From: Patescibacteria group bacterium
Lineage (GTDB): Bacteria; Patescibacteriota; Patescibacteriia; Patescibacteriales; BS150m-G62
NCBI GenBank assembly: GCA_016784175.1
Contig: JADHVC010000001.1
Coordinates: forward strand, 5,567 to 69,566
Reading direction: 5' to 3'
DNA: 64,000 bases
Shown here: piece by piece, positions 30,838 to 40,590 of the stretch
How positions within the stretch are numbered: position 1 is the stretch's first letter
How the letters are laid out: each line of letters begins with the position of its first letter
Position numbers and translations under genes: made by a program
The notes under the pieces: model-generated
Database searches by the model: none
What the model saw: only the letters and a program-made list of their open reading frames with translations
What the model was told of the DNA's origin: nothing

Positions 30838-30865
30838 TTGAAAAAATTAACCCTCGAGCTATAAT
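30838..30865 (+). promoter_or_regulatory. near-consensus sigma70-type promoter cassette, copy 2 (TTGAAA-16-TATAAT) upstream of rubrerythrin
   Basis: ttgaaa aaattaaccctcgagc tataat. Same spacer sequence as copy 1, including the CTCGAG palindrome. Confidence 0.55.
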
Positions 30866-30892
30866 GTAATTATTATTATTAGATACAATATT

Positions 30893-31468
30893 ATGGAAAC
30901 TTTAAAAGGAACAAAAACAGAACAAAATTTATTAAAAGCTTTTGCGGGTGAATCGCAAGCAAGAATGCGTTATGATTATTTTTCTAAGCAAGCAAAGAAA
31001 GAAGGTTTAGAGCAAATTTCTGCCATTTTTTCAGAGACCGCATTAAACGAAAAAGAACATGCAAAAAGATTTTTCAAATTTTTAGAAGGAGGAGCAGTTG
31101 AAATAACAGCCACTTATCCTGCTGGCATGATTGGAAATACACTTCAAAATTTAAAAGAAGCAGCTGGTGGAGAATATGAAGAGTGGGCAGAAATATACCC
31201 TAACTTTGCTCAAACCGCACAAGAAGAAGGCTTTATTGAAGTTGCTACTGCTTTTCGCTTAATTGCAAAAGTAGAAAAAGCACATGAAGAAAGATACAAA
31301 AAGCTCTATAACAATCTAGAAGCTGGTATGGTTTTTAAAAGTGAGGAAAAAGTGATCTGGAAATGCTTAAATTGTGGCTATTTACATGAAGGAGATTCTG
31401 CTCTTGATGAATGTCCAGCTTGCCTACACCCCCAAGCTCATTTTCAAATTAAAGAAAGTAATTACTAA
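30893..31468 (+). CDS. rubrerythrin
   Basis: Ferritin-like diiron E..EH motifs plus a C-terminal rubredoxin-like CxxC...CxxC (WKCLNCGYLHEG...CPACLHP). Confidence 0.85.
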   Translation: METLKGTKTEQNLLKAFAGESQARMRYDYFSKQAKKEGLEQISAIFSETALNEKEHAKRFFKFLEGGAVEITATYPAGMIGNTLQNLKEAAGGEYEEWAEIYPNFAQTAQEEGFIEVATAFRLIAKVEKAHEERYKKLYNNLEAGMVFKSEEKVIWKCLNCGYLHEGDSALDECPACLHPQAHFQIKESNY

Positions 31469-31750
31469 AGAAACGTAAGAAAGCACAAATAGACATTAAA
31501 CTTACCTGGATTACCACCGTCATTGCCGCTAAAATTTTAAGCATACTTGTCAACAATTGACATTATATAAACTTTGATAAATAATTAACTTACTATGAAG
31601 TTTAACTTATCAAACAATCAAATTACTTTGCACAAGAAATTTATGTTTACATACTGGCCTTGCCTAGAGATTGATTTTGGTTTGTGTAAATTTTAGCTCC
31701 TCAGTAATAAATTTATCTAGACCTAAGTCAGTCTCAAGGGACTGACTTTA

Positions 31751-32905
31751 TTGTTCATTCCAATTAAATACAACCAAAAAGGAAATACCATGTTCAATAT
31801 TGTTATATGTAACAATTTGTCATTTGCAGATCTTCGAGACTTACACAACCGTGGTATGCCAGTCATTAAAACACCTCATGTTGGGAATATGTATCCAAAC
31901 AACCTTGCTGTTGCGAAGATAGGCATCCCCCTACTGTTAAATGATAGAACGATAGGTTATAAAGACAAAAATTTTCATCCCCATTTAATTATTCAAAGTG
32001 GTAAGTATGAAGCTATTGCTTGTGATAAAAAATTTACCCCTCACAATGTATTTCAAAAACGAGTAAACGGATACGAGATCGGCTCAAGTGTCGTTAACAT
32101 TCACACAGCAAAGCTTCGCAGAATTTTTCCCAATACCAGAATCGAAACCTACACCGAATATCAGCAAAGGCATATCTCAATATTCACAGAAATTGTTAAT
32201 CTTCTCCTAAGAAATTATTATCAATTGTTTGGAAAATATGTAGACACCAATGGAACCATTCATCTTATTCAGCCAAGTAATGAAAGCTCGATAAGTAAAG
32301 ATAAAATTTTTGGCATAACAAATGCTCATGAAGGCTGGTTGCTTCCCAACATAATAACAATATTGATATGTGGAATTTGTGAAATTTTAGACTACCAAAC
32401 GTATCAATCATATCACCTTTCTGGACCAGACATGGTTCGCTACATTGGCCAACTAAGACCTACTCTAAACGATCTTTATGACCATATTTGTAAACACTCT
32501 TCTTTACCTATTCCGCCACACCTTGATTATTTCTTAATACCAGCCTCAGAGATGAGATTTGCAGTTCACAAATCTCAAGAATCTATTCTTAATGATCTTA
32601 TTGATAGCTATCTATCAACCAAAACCAATAGACAAAATAGATCATCTCAGATGCAAAGTGCGACAGAAGACCAAAAAAAAGAATTAATCGCAACAATAAC
32701 TAGAGAGAGAAAAGCTCACAATAATGTTTTTGCACAAGCAGTGAATACGTGTAAAGGTATATTTTATGATATCCATTCTGCAAAATATCTTAGCCAACAT
32801 GACTTATTTGAGTCTTCAGATCTCTACGTTCATCCTTGGGGTATCAAGACTCCCATCGAGGAAATAGTACATACCGTAAAATACATGAAAAAATTTCTCC
32901 TATAG
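31751..32905 (+). CDS. hypothetical protein
   Basis: 384-aa ORF with no recognisable motifs. Confidence 0.3.
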   Translation: MFIPIKYNQKGNTMFNIVICNNLSFADLRDLHNRGMPVIKTPHVGNMYPNNLAVAKIGIPLLLNDRTIGYKDKNFHPHLIIQSGKYEAIACDKKFTPHNVFQKRVNGYEIGSSVVNIHTAKLRRIFPNTRIETYTEYQQRHISIFTEIVNLLLRNYYQLFGKYVDTNGTIHLIQPSNESSISKDKIFGITNAHEGWLLPNIITILICGICEILDYQTYQSYHLSGPDMVRYIGQLRPTLNDLYDHICKHSSLPIPPHLDYFLIPASEMRFAVHKSQESILNDLIDSYLSTKTNRQNRSSQMQSATEDQKKELIATITRERKAHNNVFAQAVNTCKGIFYDIHSAKYLSQHDLFESSDLYVHPWGIKTPIEEIVHTVKYMKKFLL

Positions 32906-32966
32906 GTTGATTTGATTTAACAAAAACTTAGGGTTAGTCACACAACTAACCCTAAGTAATTCATTT

Positions 32967-33929
32967 ATGATTTCATCACTAAAAACAATTGATCTTCATC
33001 AAGACATATTATTAAACACAAAATATCCAGATTCTCAAAAAGACGATTCTCAAACTAGCTTTGATATGCTTAAAGCAGCAAACATTAAAATTGTTTTAGG
33101 TTCTGTTTTTCCCATACCACCACAAGAAAATTTTTTTCACCCCAAAGTTAATTCTCTAATAACAAGTGATATAAATTCATATATCAATCAATGCAAACTA
33201 GATATTAATTTTTCGATTATTTTTAATAAAGAAATTCTAAACGATATCATAACAAGCCAAACTAAATACGGCATAATAATCCACATAGAAGGACTAAATG
33301 TTTTTAAAGACCAATGCAGTGATTGGAGACTTTTAGAAAACTGGTTCAATTTGGGCCTCCGATCGATTGGTCCAATCTGGAATTTACACAATAGCTTTGG
33401 AGGTGGTGCACAAGACAATCAAATAGGTTTAACTAGCCTAGGTCATGAACTAATTGAATGGGCAGAAAACAAAGGAGTTCTTATAGATTTCGCTCACATG
33501 AACCCAAAAACTTTTATGGGAGCCGCTAAAATATCCAACAAACCAATACTAGTAAGTCATGGAAATGCTTATGATTTATGCTCAAAAATAAGGAACTACG
33601 ATAAATTACAGCTCAAGCAAATTGCCGAGTCAAATGGTGTTATTGGTATATTTTTTGCTGGTAATTTTATTAAACCTAGTGGGCAACTAAACCTTCAAGA
33701 TGTTGTAGATCATTTTGATTATATTAAAAAAACTATTGGGATCAATCACATATCTATCGGGTCCGATTTTGGTGGAATTATTAATCGAAAAATTAATGGC
33801 CTTGCAAAATCAACCGATCTCCCCGCCCTATATCAAACCCTAGAAAAAAGAGGATATACCCAAAATGAAATTCAAAAAATATCTTACGAAAATGCACTTA
33901 GAGTATTAAATAGTAATATACAATCCTAA
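32967..33929 (+). CDS. membrane dipeptidase (peptidase M19)-like protein
   Basis: N-terminal IDLHQD and later HGNAYD...GSDFGG motifs resemble the M19 renal-dipeptidase family. The last codons and stop lie inside a MITE fragment. Confidence 0.45.
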   Translation: MISSLKTIDLHQDILLNTKYPDSQKDDSQTSFDMLKAANIKIVLGSVFPIPPQENFFHPKVNSLITSDINSYINQCKLDINFSIIFNKEILNDIITSQTKYGIIIHIEGLNVFKDQCSDWRLLENWFNLGLRSIGPIWNLHNSFGGGAQDNQIGLTSLGHELIEWAENKGVLIDFAHMNPKTFMGAAKISNKPILVSHGNAYDLCSKIRNYDKLQLKQIAESNGVIGIFFAGNFIKPSGQLNLQDVVDHFDYIKKTIGINHISIGSDFGGIINRKINGLAKSTDLPALYQTLEKRGYTQNEIQKISYENALRVLNSNIQS

Positions 33930-33963
33930 GCGAAAAAGTAATGCAGATATAGTGAGCACTTAC
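33921..33963. mobile_element. MITE right-end fragment (43 bp)
   Basis: caatcctaagcgaaaaagtaatgcagatatagtgagcacttac matches the right terminus of the MITE copies at 16340 and 17763. Confidence 0.45.
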
Positions 33964-35108
33964 ATAATATCTTTCATTGTACCCGCCACCATCTCATCAA
34001 TATCAATACTTTTTTCAGCTAGCTCAACCTCGCTTAATTTTGCTTTTGTTTCTGGATGCTTTGGAATAAAACGAGTGCAACAATCATCATGTGGTTTAGC
34101 CGAAATATCGTACGTACCAATAAAACGGGCCTTTTCTATTATGTCTTCCTTATCAAAACACACTAAAGGTCGAATTATGGGCAAATTTACAACGGATCCA
34201 ATAGCACGCATATTTTCTAAAGTTTGAGAAGCCACCTGACCTACTGCTTCACCAGTCACAAGTGCTTTGCAATTTTTCTTAAAAGCTAAGCTTTCAGCAA
34301 TTCTCATCATAGCACGACGATATAAAACAACGCGTAACTTTTCCGGACACTTCATTATAATCTCTTTTTGAATATCAGCAAACGGAAATAAATAAATTTT
34401 AGAACTCGAGCCAAACTTCTCTAACACCTTTACCAAAGCCTTCACCTTATCAACGGAGGCTTGCGAAGTATATGGCATAGAATGAAAATGTAAAAATTCA
34501 ACTTGAATCCCTCGTTTAAGAGCAAACCAAGACGCAACCGGAGAATCAAAACCACCAGATATTAACACCATCGCCTTACCGCTTGTTCCAACTGGCATCC
34601 CACCCATACCCTTTATTTTGTCATAATAAACATAAGCTTGCTTACCTACTAATTCTATGTGACAATTTAACTCTGGGTTTTTTAAGCTAACCTTCTTGCC
34701 ATAGAGATCAACAACAGATGCTCCAATTTTAGTATTCATTTCAGGTGAGTCCATCGGAAAGCTTTTATCTGACCGTCGAGTGCTAATGCGAAAAGTATTA
34801 AACTCTCTATTCTTCAGACTTTTCAAAATTTCTTTCTCTATTAGATCGAAATTAGCTTCAATTACACAAACAAAAGAAAAGTTAGCAATGCCAAAAATTT
34901 TTTCCAGTTTATCACTTACCATATTTATCTCGTCAACACTAAACTCCTTTTTATAATCAACCAAAAAACGACCGAAGATTCTTCTGCAAGTAAAATCACC
35001 ATCCAGCACTCCTTTCAAAGCCACTTTAATATTTTGAACTAATTGGTTTTCAAAAAAATCCCTATTACCACCTTTTAGTCCAATTTCAGAATAATGTATA
35101 ATAATCAT
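33960..35108 (-). CDS. thiI: tRNA 4-thiouridine synthase ThiI
   Basis: THUMP-like N-terminal domain plus the PP-loop SGGFDSPVA motif. Confidence 0.85.
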   Translation of the reverse strand: MIIIHYSEIGLKGGNRDFFENQLVQNIKVALKGVLDGDFTCRRIFGRFLVDYKKEFSVDEINMVSDKLEKIFGIANFSFVCVIEANFDLIEKEILKSLKNREFNTFRISTRRSDKSFPMDSPEMNTKIGASVVDLYGKKVSLKNPELNCHIELVGKQAYVYYDKIKGMGGMPVGTSGKAMVLISGGFDSPVASWFALKRGIQVEFLHFHSMPYTSQASVDKVKALVKVLEKFGSSSKIYLFPFADIQKEIIMKCPEKLRVVLYRRAMMRIAESLAFKKNCKALVTGEAVGQVASQTLENMRAIGSVVNLPIIRPLVCFDKEDIIEKARFIGTYDISAKPHDDCCTRFIPKHPETKAKLSEVELAEKSIDIDEMVAGTMKDIM

Positions 35109-35131
35109 ATAAAATTTTAATTTAATTTATT

Positions 35132-35971
35132 ATGCCAGAGTTACCAGAGGTTCAAACCATTGTAAACGATTTAAACCAAAATATCAAAGGCGAGACTATT
35201 AGTCGATTTTGGAGTGACTGGAATAAAGGGATCAAGATTTCACTGTCCAAATTCAAAAAGAAAAATAAAAACGCTAAGATTGTTGACGCTGCAAGAATCG
35301 GCAAACACATAATCATCCACTTAGATAATAATTATTCTATAATAATCCACCTAAAAATGACAGGACATTTATTATACAAAAGGAAAAATTTAGACTCTCC
35401 CATTTTTCAAGAACGAGTTAACAACTACGTTCATCATATCTTTTACTTCATAAGTGGCAATACTTTAGAATTTTCTGATTTGCGAAAATTTGGCTGGCTA
35501 AACCTAGTTCCCACCAAAAATGTTAACGAACAAAAATCAATTAAAAAACTAGGCATTGACGCACTTCTATTAACTTCTATAAAATTCAAAAACTTGATAA
35601 ATAAATATCACAAAGCTAAAATTGGTATATTTTTACTTAATCAGGATATAATATCTGGCATTGGCAATATTTATCGAAGTGAAATATTATTCGATGCTCG
35701 TATTAATCCAAAAAAACTTAATAGCAAGTTGTCTAACGTGGAAGTAGAAAACATCTTAATTTCAACAAAAAAAATATTAAAAAAAGCTATAAAGCTAAGA
35801 GGCACAACCGATTCTGATTATAGAGACACTAAAGGTGAATCAGGAAAATTTCAAACGCAACTTAAAGTATACAGAAAAGAAAACCAACCATGTGTTGCTT
35901 GTGCCAAAATAATTACAAAAGAAAAGCTAGCTCAAAGAAGTGTATTCTACTGTCAATCTTGTCAAAAATAA
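35132..35971 (+). CDS. mutM: formamidopyrimidine-DNA glycosylase (Fpg/MutM)
   Basis: N-terminal MPELPEVQT (catalytic Pro2/Glu3) and a C-terminal zinc finger C..C...C..C. Confidence 0.85.
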   Translation: MPELPEVQTIVNDLNQNIKGETISRFWSDWNKGIKISLSKFKKKNKNAKIVDAARIGKHIIIHLDNNYSIIIHLKMTGHLLYKRKNLDSPIFQERVNNYVHHIFYFISGNTLEFSDLRKFGWLNLVPTKNVNEQKSIKKLGIDALLLTSIKFKNLINKYHKAKIGIFLLNQDIISGIGNIYRSEILFDARINPKKLNSKLSNVEVENILISTKKILKKAIKLRGTTDSDYRDTKGESGKFQTQLKVYRKENQPCVACAKIITKEKLAQRSVFYCQSCQK

Positions 35972-36023
35972 AACCTCCTACTTTCGTAAGAGGCACTAAA
36001 CAAAGAACACCTAAAAATTCCAA

Positions 36024-36380
36024 CTACTTAGTTTTACGTAAAAACGTAAAACAACTTATAAAAAAGAAACAAGACTCACAATCTAAACTTTTAACCCATC
36101 CAATCTCATGACTTCTCCTACCACGACAAGCCGCATCTCTCACCATCCAACAACACTTACCAGCATGCTTCTCGGTTATTATACCTTCTGGACAATGAAC
36201 AACAGGAACCGGACAAAACCGACCATCATGTCCGACCGGTTTTCTTACTCCTCTGCCACAGTCCATAGCCTCCCAACAATTTAAGCCCCGTCCTCGTATC
36301 AATGCTGCTTGCTCTAAAATATTCTCAATATGATCATCAGCTTTCATTACTACTCCCCATTGGATTGTTAGTAAAAACAT
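36024..36380 (-). CDS. small Cys-rich protein of unknown function, locally GC-rich
   Basis: 118 aa with at least 11 Cys/His in pairs (CWEAMDCGRG, CPVPVVHCPEG, CCW, CESC). Composition is visibly more GC-rich than flanking DNA. Confidence 0.35.
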   Translation of the reverse strand: MFLLTIQWGVVMKADDHIENILEQAALIRGRGLNCWEAMDCGRGVRKPVGHDGRFCPVPVVHCPEGIITEKHAGKCCWMVRDAACRGRRSHEIGWVKSLDCESCFFFISCFTFLRKTK

Positions 36381-36578
36381 TTCAAAAGAACAATATTTCT
36401 ATAAATCGTTTAAAACAAAAATAATGTCAATCAATGTCAACACTTATATAGTATACACCGTCCCTTCATAAATTCAAGTATATTTATCCCCACTTTAATT
36501 GACTAAATAATACAACTAAGGTAAGCTTAAAATAATTAAATTACTAATATACTTTAGTGATTATTTTTATATAATTAT

Positions 36579-38555
36579 ATGAATGTCAGTGAACTTGCAA
36601 GAAATCTAAAAGTGACACCTCAAGAGCTCCTAAGAACATTACCGGAGATCGGTTTTGATATTGGCGCAAGAGCTATCAAAATTGACTCTCGAACAGCACA
36701 AACCATCATTAGAGACTGGCGACGACTAACAACTCAGTTAAAAGAACAAAAAGAAGAGGAAGAAAATAAACTTAGAACCGAAGAGCGAATCAAAATAAAT
36801 AAAAAGGTCTTAATTCCCAAATTTGTTAGCGTAAAAGATTTTTCAAATATACTTGGATTACCTGTTAGTAAGGTTTTGCCAGAATTAATGAAAAACGGAA
36901 TCTTCACTTCTATTAACGAAAAAATTGACTTTGACACAGCTTCTATTATTGCAACTGACATGGGCTTTGAAGTAGAACAAAAAATTCAAATTGATGATGA
37001 AAGTAGCACAGGCGCAGATCAATTAAAGAATATTTTAGAAAATAAATCCAAGGTCGATAAAACAAAAAGACCGCCTGTTATCGTTGTAATGGGTCATGTC
37101 GACCATGGAAAAACTAGTCTACTTGATGCTATCCGCACAACAGATGTCATGAAAGGAGAAGCTGGTGGCATTACTCAACATATTGGAGCCTACCAAATTG
37201 AACGTAAAGGCGAATTGATTACCTTTATTGACACACCTGGACACGAAGCTTTTTCTGCTATGCGTTCTCGTGGTGCACGAGTTGCTGATATTGCTATTTT
37301 AGTTGTAGCGGCTGACGATGGAGTAAAACCACAAACCATCGAGTCATACAACATGATAAAAAATGCCGGTATTCCATTTATTGTTGCAATTAATAAAATT
37401 GATAAAGATGGTGCAGACATCAATAAAACAAAGCAAGAACTTTCAACCATCCTTAATATTACTCCAGAAGATTGGGGAGGTAAAACAATTTGCTCACCAA
37501 TTTCAGCCAAACAAAAACAAGGCGTTGAAGAACTACTAGACATGGTTCTACTTACCGCAGATGTTGAAAGCGACAATATTATCGCCAATAAGAATGGTGG
37601 CGCTATTGGTACGATTATTGAATCTCGTATTGATAAGGGTGAGGGTCCTGTTGCAACAATACTAATCCAAAATGGCACACTGAGACTTGGCGACCAATTG
37701 TGTTTTAATAACATGATTTATGGTAAAGTGCGTGCTTTAAAAGATTTTCATGGGAAAAATATAAAGTTTGCCGAACCATCCACTCCAACTAAGATTATCG
37801 GTCTAAAAGTTTCTCCGAAAGTTGGAGATATTATGCAAACAGGCGCGGGTGACGGAACCAAAACAAAATTTAAAAAAATCAGAACCAACGCAAGCAGAGA
37901 AATAACCAAGGATAGTTACGATGAATCTAGTGAAACTCTAATCGCAAGACTTAATATTATTTTAAAGACTGATGTACTTGGATCTGGTGAAGCTATCGAA
38001 GACTCTTTGCTAAAACTCAATACAAAAAAAGCCATTGTTAAAATTGTTTCAAAGGGCCTAGGAAATATTACAGAAAGTGATATTGCAAAAGCTGAAGCGA
38101 CAAAGGCTAAAGTACTTGCGTTCAATGTAAAAATACCACCAACAGTTGAAGGTTTAGTGAGAGATAAACAAGTTGAAGCAAAAATTTTTCATATTATTTA
38201 CGACTTGATCGATTACTGTCAAATTGAGCTAAACAAGATAATTAAACCTGAATACATCAGAGTAGAGATAGGAAAACTTAAAGTATTAAGTATATTCCGA
38301 ACAGAAGCTAATTCTCAGATTATTGGTGGCAAAGTGCTTGATGGTGAAGTCACAGAAGACGCTTTAATTGAAGTTTTTCGAAACAAAAAGCTTATCACTA
38401 CAGGAAAATTAACTAACCTACAATCCGGCAAGCAAAATGTGCACAGCGTTGAAATAAACAAAGAATGTGGATTAAAATTTGAAGGAAAACCACTCATAGA
38501 AGAAGGATGTATATTGCAATTTTACAAGAATGAAAAGATCACTAAAGAAGACTAA
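36579..38555 (+). CDS. infB: translation initiation factor IF-2 (short form)
   Basis: GTP-binding motifs GHVDHGKT, DTPGH and NKID. Full C-terminal domains present. Confidence 0.9.
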   Translation: MNVSELARNLKVTPQELLRTLPEIGFDIGARAIKIDSRTAQTIIRDWRRLTTQLKEQKEEEENKLRTEERIKINKKVLIPKFVSVKDFSNILGLPVSKVLPELMKNGIFTSINEKIDFDTASIIATDMGFEVEQKIQIDDESSTGADQLKNILENKSKVDKTKRPPVIVVMGHVDHGKTSLLDAIRTTDVMKGEAGGITQHIGAYQIERKGELITFIDTPGHEAFSAMRSRGARVADIAILVVAADDGVKPQTIESYNMIKNAGIPFIVAINKIDKDGADINKTKQELSTILNITPEDWGGKTICSPISAKQKQGVEELLDMVLLTADVESDNIIANKNGGAIGTIIESRIDKGEGPVATILIQNGTLRLGDQLCFNNMIYGKVRALKDFHGKNIKFAEPSTPTKIIGLKVSPKVGDIMQTGAGDGTKTKFKKIRTNASREITKDSYDESSETLIARLNIILKTDVLGSGEAIEDSLLKLNTKKAIVKIVSKGLGNITESDIAKAEATKAKVLAFNVKIPPTVEGLVRDKQVEAKIFHIIYDLIDYCQIELNKIIKPEYIRVEIGKLKVLSIFRTEANSQIIGGKVLDGEVTEDALIEVFRNKKLITTGKLTNLQSGKQNVHSVEINKECGLKFEGKPLIEEGCILQFYKNEKITKED

Positions 38556-38567
38556 TAGATATCACTT

Positions 38568-38915
38568 ATGTCTCGAATCACACAAGTAAATGAACTCTTA
38601 AAGAACAATCTATCGTATATTATTACCAGAGAAATTGAGATAGGCGATGCTTTATTAACAATAACTTATGTAGATACCTCACCCGACCTGCAAAATGCCA
38701 AAGTCGGTATATCTGTGCTACCAAAAAATAATACGGGAACTGTTTTACACAAATTAAAAAATAGCACTGTACAAATAGTTCAAAAACTAAACAAAATAAC
38801 TAAAATCAGGAAAATGCCTAAGTTAAACTGGGTTGTTGATGATACAGAAAACAGACTAGCAGACATGGAAGAATCTTTTTTAGAAATAAAAAGTGAAAGA
38901 CAAAGGACAAGATAA
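38568..38915 (+). CDS. rbfA: ribosome-binding factor A
   Basis: Size, and its position immediately after infB, fit RbfA. It is KH-like. Confidence 0.75.
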   Translation: MSRITQVNELLKNNLSYIITREIEIGDALLTITYVDTSPDLQNAKVGISVLPKNNTGTVLHKLKNSTVQIVQKLNKITKIRKMPKLNWVVDDTENRLADMEESFLEIKSERQRTR

Positions 38916-38926
38916 ACTACCAAGAA

Positions 38927-39775
38927 ATGTTTAGTCTACTCCACAACTTCGAACCTACTCCTATAATACTCTCAATTGGCTTTATCAAGATTTATTGGTA
39001 TGGTCTTTTTATGATCATCGCAATTTTAAGCGGACTCTTTGTTAGCTTTAAAATTGGTAAATACCATAATTTAAAAGAAAAAACTATTCTTGATTTAGCC
39101 TTCTATTTAATTATATTTGGCATAATTGGAGCTAGAATTTATGACGTATTTCTAGAACTTCCCTACTATTTAAAAGATCCAACCGCTATATTTAGAATCT
39201 GGCAAGGAGGCTTAGCAATTCATGGCGGCTTACTTGGTGGCGCTATAGGCCTTTATTATTTTACAAAAAAAAACAACTCATCTTTGATTAAGCTAGGAGC
39301 CATAATTGCACCAGGACTAGCCCTTGGACAAGCAATCGGTCGATGGGGAAACTACTTTAATCAAGAACTCTTCGGATTACCAACCACTCTGCCTTGGGGA
39401 ATCCCAATAAATATTATAAATCGACCGGAACTCTACATAACCAATACTTATTTCCATCCCACATTCCTATATGAATTTACTGGCAATTTAGTTATTTTTG
39501 GAATACTGCTATACTTAAATTTAACAATCATCAAACAAATCAATAAAAAATCCTCGCAAGAATCAATTTTTAAAGATCAAGAATTAAAAAAGGAGGCAAT
39601 CGACTTAAAATTTGTCATTTTGGCTTATCTATTTCTTTATTCACTTCTTCGACTTAGCTTAGAGCTTGTTAGGATTGACTATACCCCCACTCTCTTTGGT
39701 ATACGCTGGCCTCAAATTATTAGCATAATTATTATTAGCAGTATAATTTATTATAAAGTAAAAAATAAGGAATAA
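38927..39775 (+). CDS. lgt: prolipoprotein diacylglyceryl transferase
   Basis: Polytopic protein with the Lgt signature G..GRWGNYFNQELFG. Confidence 0.8.
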   Translation: MFSLLHNFEPTPIILSIGFIKIYWYGLFMIIAILSGLFVSFKIGKYHNLKEKTILDLAFYLIIFGIIGARIYDVFLELPYYLKDPTAIFRIWQGGLAIHGGLLGGAIGLYYFTKKNNSSLIKLGAIIAPGLALGQAIGRWGNYFNQELFGLPTTLPWGIPINIINRPELYITNTYFHPTFLYEFTGNLVIFGILLYLNLTIIKQINKKSSQESIFKDQELKKEAIDLKFVILAYLFLYSLLRLSLELVRIDYTPTLFGIRWPQIISIIIISSIIYYKVKNKE

Positions 39776-39786
39776 CTTATAAAAAT

Positions 39787-40470
39787 ATGACAAATACATA
39801 CATAATATCTCTTGGTGGCTCTTTGATTGCTACTCAACAAGGAATTGAAGTTAATTTTCTAAAGGAATTTAGGGAAGTTATAATCAACCAAGTTTCTAAG
39901 GGTGATCGATTTTTTATAATAACAGGAGGTGGGCAAATCGCAAGAACATCGATCGAATCAGCCAACGAAATAGTCGCACTAAATAATGAACAAAAAGATT
40001 GGATAGGCATAGCTGCTACTAGACTAAATGCAAGCATAGTACGAAATATTTTTTCCGAGTATGGTTATGAAAAAGTTGTACATAACCCAAGCGAAGAAAT
40101 AAAAACAGATAAACCAATAATTGTTAGTGGTGGATGGAAGCCCGGACACTCAACTGACTTTGTTGCTGCTTTCCTAGCCGAAAAACACAATATCAAAACA
40201 ATCATTAATCTGTCCAACATTGACTATGTTTACACAACTGACCCACGGGAAAATCCAGAAGCCACACTAATCAAACAAACTAGTTGGTCAGAGTTTCAAA
40301 AGATCGTCGGCACTCAATGGGAACCAGGTTTAAATGCACCATTTGACCCCATAGCATCACTTAGGTGCGCCGAATCTACTACAAGGGTCATAATATGCCA
40401 TGGTAAAAAAATGACCAACTGGGTTAAGATTTTCAATGATGAAGAATTTGAAGGAACAGTAATTCAATAA
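39787..40470 (+). CDS. amino-acid kinase family protein, probably UMP kinase (PyrH-like)
   Basis: N-terminus ISLGGSL...FFIITGGGQIAR is the aspartokinase/UMP-kinase fold. Confidence 0.55.
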   Translation: MTNTYIISLGGSLIATQQGIEVNFLKEFREVIINQVSKGDRFFIITGGGQIARTSIESANEIVALNNEQKDWIGIAATRLNASIVRNIFSEYGYEKVVHNPSEEIKTDKPIIVSGGWKPGHSTDFVAAFLAEKHNIKTIINLSNIDYVYTTDPRENPEATLIKQTSWSEFQKIVGTQWEPGLNAPFDPIASLRCAESTTRVIICHGKKMTNWVKIFNDEEFEGTVIQ

Positions 40471-40493
40471 ACAATATAAACACTAAAAAAAAC

Positions 40494-40548
40494 GTAACTG
40501 CTCACTATACCTGCATTATTTTTGAGCGCATATGAAATAAGCAGTTAC
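40494..40548. mobile_element. internally deleted mini-copy of the MITE (55 bp)
   Basis: gtaactgctcactatacctgcat + tatttttgagcgcatatg + aaataagcagttac: the left TIR and first roughly 18 bp of the element are joined to the last roughly 10 bp of the right TIR. Confidence 0.45.
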
Positions 40549-40550
40549 TA

Positions 40551-40590
40551 AAAAAAACACCTCGCTTAATTGTTATGCGAGGTGTTTTTG
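40551..40590. terminator. bidirectional intrinsic terminator between convergent genes
   Basis: acacctcgc-ttaattgttat-gcgaggtgt hairpin flanked by an A-run and a T-run. Confidence 0.5.

Noticed and set aside
36734-38497. Minus-strand ORFs (36734-36961, 37190-37714, 37916-38125, 38315-38497) inside infB
   Set aside because: They are antisense to a full-length IF-2 with all G-domain motifs.
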